64,000 nucleotides of DNA from assembly GCA_963205105.1 (NCBI GenBank), contig CAUJJW010000351.1:2069-66068 (forward strand). Direction: 5' to 3'. Below, in pieces: positions 19,240 through 27,600 of this stretch; position 1 is the first letter of the stretch; each line of letters starts with the position of its first letter. Source of the stretch: Verrucomicrobiota bacterium (GTDB lineage Bacteria; Verrucomicrobiota; Verrucomicrobiia; Limisphaerales; CAIMTB01). The notes beneath the pieces are model-generated. The model did not search any database and was not told the DNA's origin. It saw nothing but the letters and a program-made list of their open reading frames with translations. Position numbers and translations under genes: made by a program.

Positions 19240-19337
19240 GACCTGCTCACGGCCCGTCATCCTGGGATTCCGGGAGGCGAGACGCCCCTCTCTACGGCAG
19301 GCGGGACGCCCGCCGCTACGCTGGGAAAGTTCATGGG
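19240..19337 (+). repeat. GC double-hairpin element with terminal inverted repeats (full copy A)
   Basis: Sequence: GACCTGCTCACGGCCCGTCATCCTGGGATTCCGGGAGGCGAGACGCCCCTCTCTACGGCAGGCGGGACGCCCGCCGCTACG...AGTTCATGGG. The core is near-identical to copies at 20176-20248 (inverted) and 61941-62030. The arsA stop codon (19331-19333) lies in its terminal TTCATGG. Confidence 0.8.
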
Positions 19338-21244
19338 AGAATGGGTTGGAGCTGGGACGCCGCCAGCCGGGCGAGGGCATCGGGGCCGACTGGTTCTTCG
19401 GGTTGCCACGGCAGCCAGGCGGTGCGGGAGGCGTGTTGCTCCGTGACCTCGAGCAGGTAACGGTGCTCCGCCTGTTCGCGGCGCTGGAGCAACGGGTCGC
19501 AGGAACCGCTATGGAGCAGGCTCTGGTTGATGACCCAGGCGAAGGGTTCGATCCGCGCCCGTCGCAGATCCTGCTGAAGGTCCGCCGCTTCATGCACGGG
19601 GGTGGCTTCGGGAAGAGTGACCAGCAGGATGCGGGTGAAGGCCGGGTCACGCAGCCTCTCCAACAGGCGAAGCACTGCTTCGGGCTGGGTGCTGCGCGAC
19701 TGGCGTTGCAGTTCACGGTTGTAAGCTTCGCTGGCGTCCAGCAGGAGCAGGGTGTGTCCGGTCGGCGCGGTATCCAGCACCACAAACCGGTCGGCACCCA
19801 GGCCCACCTCGCGGGCGAAGGCGCGGAAGACAGCGATCTCCTCGGTGCAGGGGGAGCGCAGGTCCTCCTCCAGCAAGGCACGGCCGGCGTCATCCAAGGC
19901 GGCACCTTGCTCCTTCAGGACTTCGGCCTGGTAGTCCGCGGTCTCCCGCGCGGGATCGATCCGGCCGACGGTCAGGCCGGCAACGTGTCCGTCCAAGGTC
20001 TGGGCCAGATGAGCCGCGGGGTCGGTGGTGCTCAGGTGCACCGGATGTCCGCGTTGGGCGAGAGTGACGGCGATCGCTGCGGCGACGGTTGTCTTGCCCA
20101 CCCCGCCCTTGCCCATGGTCATGACGACGCCCCGGCCTTGCCGTTCGATGTCGGCCACGAGGGCTTCGAGGCTTTCCATGAACCGTGCCTCCGTAGCGGC
20201 GGGCGTCCCGCCTGCCGTAGAGGGGGGCGTCTCGCCCCCCGGAATCCCTCCTGCTTCCGGGGCAGGGATCAGATCTCTCAAGGATCCATCCCGATGTGGC
20301 TGGGCCGGGTCCCCTTGGAGCGCGGATGGGGGCGACGATTCTCCATCACCCTGGAGGAGGCTGCGCAGGCCATCGAGCCCCAGGATGTTGATGGGACGGA
20401 GAGACACGAAGGAACTTGGGAGGCCCGCGATGAACTGTTCGGCGGAGACCATGGCGGCGCAACCGCGCTGCTGTAGGGCTTGGGCGACCGGGTCCGTCGA
20501 GCAGGCTGTTTCAAAGACCCCGTTGATGATGAGGGTTTGGTTGGCCACACCGAGTGCGCGCAGTTCCTTGGAGGTTCGTTCCGCTTCGCGAAGCGCGGCG
20601 AGTTGGGGACGGCTGACGAGCACCAGGGTGGTGGCCGAAGCGTCCGCGAGGGTTCGGACCGTGGCCTCGTAGACGGCGCGCTGCTTTTCAAGACCTGCGA
20701 GCGGACCCAGGCACGAGGTGCCGCTGGTGTTCTGGTCCAGGAACTGATCCCAGGCCTTCGCCAGACTCATCAGCCGGAGCGTGTGACCGGTGGGCGCCGT
20801 GTCGAAGACGACGTGGTCATAGGCCTTGGCCGTGTCCGGGTTGCCGATCAAACCCGAGAACTCATCGAAGGCAGCGATCTCGACGGTGCAGGAGCCCGAG
20901 AGCTGCTCCTCCATGCTCCGAAGGGCCGTTTCGGGCAGCAGCCCGCGCATGGGGCCGATGAGACGCTCGCGGTAAGCGGCGGCGGCGGCCACGGGATTGA
21001 CGTTCATCGCGTCGAGCCTGGGTGCGCCGGCAATGGAGGTGGGACGGTTGGTCAGGCGCGTCGCCAGCACTTCGTCCAGATTGGAGGCCGGGTCGGTGCT
21101 GACCAGAAGCACGCGGTGGCCGGACTGAGCGAGCGTCAGGGCGGTGGCACAGGAGAGCGACGTTTTGCCGACGCCTCCTTTGCCAGTGAAGAACAGGTAG
21201 CGGGTTGTCGGGGACGAGCCCGGTCGGTAGATGGGCAGATTCAC
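19331..21244 (-). CDS. arsA: arsenite/antimonite-stimulated ATPase ArsA (two-halves architecture, ~637 aa)
   Basis: ORF 19331..21541. The start is set at the GTG at 21244, which overlaps the arsD stop (GTGA), giving VNLPIYRPGSSPTTRYLFFTGKGGVGKTS. Both P-loops are present (GKGGVGKTS and GKGGVGKTT), as are the DTAPTGH motifs. The three metalloid Cys contexts match E. coli ArsA as I recall them (LSGSCTVE, GTSCLGP, LRSPCTEEIAVF). Confidence 0.9.
   Translation of the reverse strand: MNLPIYRPGSSPTTRYLFFTGKGGVGKTSLSCATALTLAQSGHRVLLVSTDPASNLDEVLATRLTNRPTSIAGAPRLDAMNVNPVAAAAAYRERLIGPMRGLLPETALRSMEEQLSGSCTVEIAAFDEFSGLIGNPDTAKAYDHVVFDTAPTGHTLRLMSLAKAWDQFLDQNTSGTSCLGPLAGLEKQRAVYEATVRTLADASATTLVLVSRPQLAALREAERTSKELRALGVANQTLIINGVFETACSTDPVAQALQQRGCAAMVSAEQFIAGLPSSFVSLRPINILGLDGLRSLLQGDGESSPPSALQGDPAQPHRDGSLRDLIPAPEAGGIPGGETPPSTAGGTPAATEARFMESLEALVADIERQGRGVVMTMGKGGVGKTTVAAAIAVTLAQRGHPVHLSTTDPAAHLAQTLDGHVAGLTVGRIDPARETADYQAEVLKEQGAALDDAGRALLEEDLRSPCTEEIAVFRAFAREVGLGADRFVVLDTAPTGHTLLLLDASEAYNRELQRQSRSTQPEAVLRLLERLRDPAFTRILLVTLPEATPVHEAADLQQDLRRARIEPFAWVINQSLLHSGSCDPLLQRREQAEHRYLLEVTEQHASRTAWLPWQPEEPVGPDALARLAASQLQPILP
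20176..20248 (-). repeat. GC double-hairpin element core (copy B), in frame inside the arsA inter-domain linker
   Basis: The reverse complement, GGGATTCCGGGGGGCGAGACGCCCCCCTCTACGGCAGGCGGGACGCCCGCCGCTACGGAGGCACGGTTCATGG, is near-identical to copy C. It is translated as [24 protein letters not shown], directly before ESLEALVADIERQGRGVVMTMGKGGVGKT (the start of the A2 half). Confidence 0.8.
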
Positions 21245-21573
21245 GGCGTGCTTTCTGCGCGATCTCCGACAGCGGTCCGGGTGAGGGCGTCCCGTTCCAA
21301 GGCGGTCGGGTAACGGCCTTTCAGATGAACCGCGCCATCGAGCAGGATGACGGGCAAGGCGTTGACGCCGTCGGAATCGAGCAGCGACTTCACCGCGGGG
21401 TTTTGGACAAAGGCCATGGGTTGTTGACTCAGGTTGTAGCGCTCGACCCGGACTCCTCGTTGCCCCAGTTGGGTGAGCATCGCAGCAAAACTGACCAGAG
21501 CGGGGTCGATGTCGGTGCCGCAGAGACCGGTGGAGCAGCACATGGGCGGGTCGTAGACTTGGAGGGAGGTCAT
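21241..21573 (-). CDS. arsD: arsenic metallochaperone / repressor ArsD
   Basis: 110 aa. It begins MTSLQVYDPPMCCSTGLCGTDIDPALVSFAA, carrying the Cys12-Cys13-Cys18 motif of ArsD. Confidence 0.9.
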   Translation of the reverse strand: MTSLQVYDPPMCCSTGLCGTDIDPALVSFAAMLTQLGQRGVRVERYNLSQQPMAFVQNPAVKSLLDSDGVNALPVILLDGAVHLKGRYPTALERDALTRTAVGDRAESTP

Positions 21574-21681
21574 GGGCGGATGGTGAAGTTGGACGGTTGG
21601 TTGAGAGGGGAGGGGGGATTCATGGTGCTGCTATGTTGAGGTCCGCTGGAGCGCGGGTGCGAAGGTGACGGCGGCAAGGGT

Positions 21682-21990
21682 TCAGGGACTGTGTGCGTTT
21701 CCCTTCAGGGACTTGATGCACTGGAAAAAGTTCATCACGCACGGGGTCATGAGCCGGTAGAAGACCTGGGTGCCGCGTTTGTCATCTTCGACGATGCCGG
21801 CATTTCGCAGGATGGAGAGGTGGCGGGACACGGTGGGCATTTCGGAGCCGACCATGGAGGCGAGTTCGCAGACGCAGCGTTCGCCGCGGGACAACTCATC
21901 CACAATGAGGAGTCGACCGGGATGTCCGAGGGCTTTGAAGATCTGGGCCTGGGGTTTGAAATCGGCCGGTTTGAGTGGGGTTTTGCGCAT
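21682..21990 (-). CDS. arsR: ArsR/SmtB-family metalloregulator
   Basis: ORF 21682..22068, with the start at ATG 21990 (MRKTPLKPADF...). It has a winged HTH and the CVC metal site (LSRGERCVCELASMVGSEMPTVSRHLSILRNAGIV). Confidence 0.85.
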   Translation of the reverse strand: MRKTPLKPADFKPQAQIFKALGHPGRLLIVDELSRGERCVCELASMVGSEMPTVSRHLSILRNAGIVEDDKRGTQVFYRLMTPCVMNFFQCIKSLKGNAHSP

Positions 21991-22012
21991 GGCGATCTCG
22001 TGGTTCAGCTTA

Positions 22013-22028
22013 TTCGCTAATATGCGAA
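22013..22028. promoter_or_regulatory. candidate ArsR operator (imperfect palindrome TTCGC-TAATAT-GCGAA)
   Basis: A/T-rich 5-6-5 inverted repeat 23 bp upstream of the arsR ATG, in an otherwise GC-rich region. The evidence is position and symmetry only. Confidence 0.3.
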
Positions 22029-22119
22029 ATATGTCAACCGCCCGGGGGCGGCGGCATTGATGAGGCACGTCCCTCCCGGATATCGGGGAAAACCCAGCCG
22101 GGCTGCGGGTGGGCTGGGC

Positions 22120-23175
22120 TCAGTTCTTGAGGGAGGCCATGTCGATCACGAATCGGTAGCGCACATCCTGCTTCAGCATGCGATCCCAGGCTTCCTGGAT
22201 CTTCTGAATGGGGATGAGCTCGATGTCCGACGTGATCTTGTGGGCGGCGCAGAAGTCCAGCATCTCCTGAGTTTCAGCGATGCCGCCGATGGCGGAGCCG
22301 GCGAAGTTGCGGCGCGGGAGGAGGAGGTTGAACACGGCGACGGGCAGAGGTTGCTCGGGGGCGCCCACCAGGGTGAGGGTGCCGTCCAGCTTCAGCAGAC
22401 TCAGGTAGGCGTTGATGTCGTGCTGCGCGGACACGGCATCGAGGATGAAATCGAAAGAGCTCTGCTGCTTCGCCATGGCGGCGGCGTCCTTGGACACCAC
22501 GACCTCATGGGCGCCGAGTCGAAGGCCGTCGGCGATCTTGCCGGGCGACGTCGTGAACAGGACAACATGCGCTCCGAAGGCGCGGGCGAACTTCACGCCC
22601 ATGTGACCGAGTCCGCCCAGACCGACGATGCCCACTTTCTGGCCGGGGCCGACCTTCCAGTGGCGCAACGGCGAGTAGGTGGTGATGCCGGCGCAAAGAA
22701 GAGGTGCGGTGGCGGCGAGGTCCATGCCGGCGGGAACGCGCAGGACGAAGGCTTCGTCGACGACGATGCTGGAGGAGTAGCCGCCGAAGGTGGGGCCGCC
22801 GAGGTGTTTGTCCTGGCCGTTGTAGGTGAAGATGGGGAACGAGTGGCAGTACTGCTCCAGACCGGCCTGGCAACTGGGGCAGGTGCGGCAGGAATCGACC
22901 ATGCAACCGACCGCGCCGACGTCGCCGGTCTTGAACCGGGTCACCTGGGGGCCGACGCGGGTGACGCGGCCGATGATTTCGTGGCCGGGAACACAGGGGT
23001 AGACGGTGTTATGCCATTCGTTCCGGGCCTGGTGGATGTCGGAGTGGCAGACCCCGCAGAACAAGATCTCCATTTCGACGTCCAGGGATCCGGGTTCTCG
23101 CCGGTGGATGTCGGAACGAGCCAGGGGTGAACTGGCGTTTTGGACGGCGTAGGCTCGGGCTTGGCTGGTAGGCAT
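22120..23175 (-). CDS. NAD(P)-dependent zinc-type alcohol dehydrogenase (YahK/cinnamyl-ADH-like)
   Basis: 351 aa. Catalytic Zn motif: CGVCHSDIH...PCVPGHEIIG. Structural Zn cysteines: CRTCPSCQAGLEQYC. Rossmann motif: GIVGLGGLGHMG. Confidence 0.9.
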   Translation of the reverse strand: MPTSQARAYAVQNASSPLARSDIHRREPGSLDVEMEILFCGVCHSDIHQARNEWHNTVYPCVPGHEIIGRVTRVGPQVTRFKTGDVGAVGCMVDSCRTCPSCQAGLEQYCHSFPIFTYNGQDKHLGGPTFGGYSSSIVVDEAFVLRVPAGMDLAATAPLLCAGITTYSPLRHWKVGPGQKVGIVGLGGLGHMGVKFARAFGAHVVLFTTSPGKIADGLRLGAHEVVVSKDAAAMAKQQSSFDFILDAVSAQHDINAYLSLLKLDGTLTLVGAPEQPLPVAVFNLLLPRRNFAGSAIGGIAETQEMLDFCAAHKITSDIELIPIQKIQEAWDRMLKQDVRYRFVIDMASLKN

Positions 23176-23248
23176 GGCGGCAGCATACTTGGCCTGGGCT
23201 GGACGTCACGGGCCATGACGCGGCGTCGACGTGCAGGGGCGCATCTCC

Positions 23249-23405
23249 GTGTTGTCGTAGAACACAGCCCTCTTTTCGACAGGATGAACACGATGGACAG
23301 GATGAAATGCCGTTCCGCTTGGGTTCCTGAGCATCCTGTTCATCCTGTGAATCCTGTCCAAAACCCTCCGATGCTTGGAGATCTCCCATCCACAACACGG
23401 ATTGC
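23249..23405 (+). repeat. ~145-bp hairpin repeat (family H), copy 1
   Basis: GTGTTGTCG...TTTTCGACAGGATGAACACGATGGACAGGATGAAATGCCGTTCCGCTTGGGTTCCTGAGCATCCTGTTCATCCTGT(GAATCCTGT)CCAAAACCCTCCGATGCTTGG...CCACAACACGG. It aligns along its full length with 31480-31625. Confidence 0.85.
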
Positions 23406-23529
23406 CCCGCGGACGTGCAGGGTGGCCCGGGCGCGCTCCGGATCTTCGTTGGATGGGAGGATGCGGATGCTGGAAATCGCCCCTGCAACCTTGCGGCACC
23501 GTGATTCCTGAGCCGGAATCGCGCCGGTT

Positions 23530-24582
23530 ATGCCAGCATTTCCCCTCCTGACGTCGTCTTCGGTGACCCAACCCAACGCCTGGGCTCGAACCGCACCTCT
23601 GGGGATCCTCCTGCTCGCCCTCGTGGCGGGTGGTGAAGCGCGTTCCTGGGCTGCTGACAGTTCCACTGCTTCTCGGTCCGGCAATCCGATCTTCCCCGGC
23701 TGGTATGCGGACCCCGAGGTCGCGGTGTTTGGGGACCGCTACTGGATCTACCCCACGTTCTCGGCTCCCTACAACCAACAGCTGCACTTTGACGCCTTCT
23801 CCTCGCCGGATCTGGTGGCCTGGACTCGACATGAGAAGATTCTCGATAGTCGGCGCGTGAAATGGGCGAAACGCGCCATGTGGGCGCCGGCGGCGGTTGA
23901 ACGAAAAGGGAAATACTACCTCTTCTTCGGCGCGAACGATGTCCATGAGGGCGAGGTGGGCGGCATCGGCGTGGCGGTGGCCGAGCGGCCCGAGGGCCCT
24001 TACACCGACCTGTTGGATCGACCCCTGGTGAACCAGATCGTTCACGGCGCCCAACCGATCGATCAGTTCGTATTTCAGGACCAGGATGGCCAGGACTACC
24101 TGATTTACGGCGGTTGGTCCCACTGCAACATCGCGCGGTTGGCACCGGGTTTCACCGCCCTCCTGCCCTTTCCGGATGGGGCCTTGTTCAAGGAGATCAC
24201 CCCCCAGAACTACGTCGAGGGACCCTGCATGTTCATTCGCGGGGGGCGGTATTATTTCATGTGGTCGGAGGGCGGATGGACAGGCCCCAATTATTCCGTT
24301 GCGTACGCCATCGGCGATTCCCCGCTCGGACCGTTCCGTCGCATTGGAAGAATCCTGGCCCAGGATCCCGCGGTCGCCACCGGCGCAGGGCATCACTCGG
24401 TCCTGCGCGTTCCGGGAACCGAGGAGTGGTATATCGTGTATCACCGGCGTCCTCTGGGGGAGACCGATGCCAACCACCGTGTGACCTGCATCGACCGAAT
24501 GGAGTTCGACGAGCAGGGTCACATCAAGCCGGTGCGCATCACCCACACCGGCGTCGAGCCTAGGCCCCTGCCCGTGAAGTGA
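23530..24582 (+). CDS. glycoside hydrolase family 43 (beta-xylosidase/alpha-L-arabinofuranosidase type)
   Basis: 350 aa with a signal peptide. GH43 N-terminal motif: GNPIFPGWYADPEVAVFGDRYWIYPT. Further blades: AMWAPAAVERKGKYYLFF and YVEGPCMFIRGGRYYFMWSEG. Confidence 0.9.
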   Translation: MPAFPLLTSSSVTQPNAWARTAPLGILLLALVAGGEARSWAADSSTASRSGNPIFPGWYADPEVAVFGDRYWIYPTFSAPYNQQLHFDAFSSPDLVAWTRHEKILDSRRVKWAKRAMWAPAAVERKGKYYLFFGANDVHEGEVGGIGVAVAERPEGPYTDLLDRPLVNQIVHGAQPIDQFVFQDQDGQDYLIYGGWSHCNIARLAPGFTALLPFPDGALFKEITPQNYVEGPCMFIRGGRYYFMWSEGGWTGPNYSVAYAIGDSPLGPFRRIGRILAQDPAVATGAGHHSVLRVPGTEEWYIVYHRRPLGETDANHRVTCIDRMEFDEQGHIKPVRITHTGVEPRPLPVK

Positions 24583-24615
24583 TCCCCGGGCACCTGCCGG
24601 GCCTACACGGCCCGA

Positions 24616-27600
24616 CTATTCGACCCGAAGTTTGACGACCCGGGCTTCGTAGACCACGCGGTAGCGGCGGCCGTTGCCGAGTTCCAGGCCGGTGGTTTCA
24701 GTGAAGGTCCCTGTGCGGCTGCTGCCGGTCATCAGGGTGAACTCCTGGCCAACCGAGGGTGTGAACCCGGGCGACGTCCGTATCTCCAGGGTGCCACCGT
24801 CGATGTCGAGGGTGCGTTCGGCCACGATCTGATCGTGACTCACACCGGGGACTGTTCCGCCGATGTCGAAGATGCTCCGGCTGCCGGGCAGCCAGTTGGG
24901 GGAGCCCTGAAAAGCGAACGTGAAGATGCCGTAGGGGTTCTCGGGGCTTCCCGGAGCCACGGTGGCCTCCAGGCGGCACCCTCGGTTGATGGAGTCCGAG
25001 ATGATCGAAAGCGTGCCGGAGCCGGTCAGTTCGCCGCCGAGCAGACGCATGGCATCGGCGACGAACCGGGTTCCCGAGGCCAGGTGCAACCGGCCTGCTT
25101 CCTGAACAAAGAACGGGGCACCGGAGGGGATCGAGAGGAGGCCTGCCTGGACGTCGATCAAGGACCGGTTGGTCACGCTGTCGCCGCCTCCCTGGGAACT
25201 TTCACGGAACCGTTGCAGCGACAAGTTTCCTGAACCGGTCTTGCGCAGAATGCCTGCCTGGGGAAACGGCAGTCGCAACGTGGCGTTCGTTGTCGGGGCG
25301 AGATCGAGCACCACACCGGGCGCGATGTGCACATTCCCCGACACGGTGCCGCCGTTCCACAGCGTGTCCGCCAACAGATCGACCTGCGCTTCGGCGGAGA
25401 CCGTGAAGTTCGTCGGAATTGTTGTGGGCGCTTCGAGACGCACCCGCACGGTGTCGAGGAAGTTGATGGGATGAGTCCAGGTGCGCGGTTCCCGGATGAC
25501 GAGGAGTCCGCTGCCTCCAATCAGGTTTCCACCGCCGAACCTAGGGTCCACTTCCAAACGCAGGTCGGGCACGCGTGATTCAGCGGGTGAATTGAGAATC
25601 AATCGTCCGCCCCGAAGCGTGACCGGACCGAGCAACTCCACCGTGGCGCCGTTGAACGTGGCGCTTCCGGTGATGAGCCAGCTGGCGGTCGAGCGGATAG
25701 GCGCGTTGAATTGGGCACTATTCTGCGCTCCGGACACTTCCGTCATGCCCGTTCCGTCGTACGTCCCGTCCAGCACGGCGTTGTCGGGCATCCGGATGTA
25801 GCCCTCGTTGGTGATCCGTCCGTTGAAGGCGTGACGGAACCCCGAGCCCACGTCCAGTCGGCCTGCCGGGGAAACCAGAATGGTTCCGGTGTTGGTAAAA
25901 CCGCTGCCTGTGTTGAGCGCCCCTTCCTCCACCTGAAGTCTCCCGGTGTTGAGCAATTCCATGCGCGTGAAGAAAGACGTCGCCGCGCCGCGCTTGATAA
26001 AGTCGCCTTCGTTGACCACCAGCGCACCGGTTTCAACCTGGTTTCCAACGAAGCTCACCGCGTTGAATTGGGTGTTGGTGGGGGTCAATTCAAGCCTGGC
26101 CCCGGCGGCGATGATGAAGCGTGAACTCGTGCCTCCGAATGCCACCTGGGAATCGCCCAGAGTGGCGATGGCTCCGGGTTCCAGCGTCAACACATGCGCT
26201 CCCAGACTGATGTGCTGTCGAAGATCCAGCCGGTTGAAAAAGCGTGAACGTCCGCCGTTCAATGAAAGGGATCCGGCGGTCACGCTCGCGGGCCCGGAGA
26301 CGACGGCCTCGGTGCCGATCTGCAAGCGTCCTGCCAGACTGGCGCTGCCATTGAATTCAAAGAACCGCCCCTCAAGGTCCCCTCCGGAAACCACCATGTT
26401 CAAGGGTCCGTTGAACACGGCCCGGTCCAATACGGTGAGACTTCCGTTGAAGTTATCGAACGTCAGGGCCTCCTCGGAACGGAACGACGTCAGCGTGACG
26501 GCGCTCCTCAGCGAGATCGTGGGATTCGCATTGGGCCGGTCGATGACGACATGATCGTTCAGGATCGGCAGGGTTCCGGCGCTCCAGTTTGTCCTCCCCG
26601 TCCACACTCCGCTCAGGTCGTTGGTCCAAAGGGCCGGACCCTTGACCAGGAAGGTCATCGGGAAGTTCGTGGCGACCGGTGAACCGTACACGTCGCGAAT
26701 CTCAGGAGTGATGGCGATCCGATAGCCTCCGTTGGGGATGGGCTGGGCAAACTCCAGGACCGCCGCGCGCGCATCGGGAGAGGCGAAAGCCACGCCTCCG
26801 GGAATGCGGAGCGGGTTGACCTGGTTGGTGGTGAACACGCTGAGAGCATCCGCGGTGACAGATGCCGCACTCAGGCGTTCGTCGAAGTGCACTTCCACGC
26901 GGCGCAGGCTGTCGCTCAACCAGACCGATTGATGAGCGGGGGTGGAGGCGACGGCCAGGGCTGTTGGAATGGTGAAGTCCCAAGTGACATCGGCGCCGAT
27001 GGGATTGCCTTGAAGGTCCTTCACAGAGCCGGCCAACCGGGAGCGATAGCGTCCCGAGAGCAACGGGGCGCCGAATTGGAGACTCGCCGTGCGATCCGGT
27101 TGGTCGAACGTCATTCGACCGCCCGTCACCGGCACGTCGTCCGCCGTGCCGGGACTTCCATCCGGACCGGCGTTCTGGAGGGTCCATGCATTCTGGATGC
27201 TGGCTGGATCGATCTCCGAGTCGAAGGCTGCCGTGAGGCGCGAGACGGAGCCGCGAGGCCGGGTGCTGTTCGGGGCGGGAGTTGTCGAAAGCACCACGGG
27301 GGGCGTCAAGTCCGGCAGCAGCGTGATGGTTAGCGCATCCGACCAGCCGATGTTGCCGCCCGTGTCCGTGGCTTTGGCGCGCAGCTGGAAGGAGGTCTTC
27401 GCGCCCGTCCTGGCCGGCGCGCGAAGCGTGGAGGCGAACGGGAACTTCCCGATGAGTCCGGCCACGCTTCCATCGATGTAGAACTCCACGTCGCGCACTT
27501 GCACGTCATCGCTCGTGGTGGTGCTCACGAAGAACAGTTCATCCGCTTCCTGGCCGGCGGCGGCGTGGGAGGTGAAGGGTCTGAGGCTAACCGTGGGCGC

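Noticed and set aside
21245-21541. Upstream extension of the arsA ORF (736-aa version)
   Set aside because: It would overlap almost all of arsD in another frame. The ArsA homology begins at YLFFTGKGGVGKT, just after the GTG at 21244 that overlaps the arsD stop.
23206-24546. 446-aa minus-strand ORF
   Set aside because: Antisense to the GH43 gene, which has clear family motifs. The minus-strand translation is Arg/Pro/Gly-rich with no motifs.
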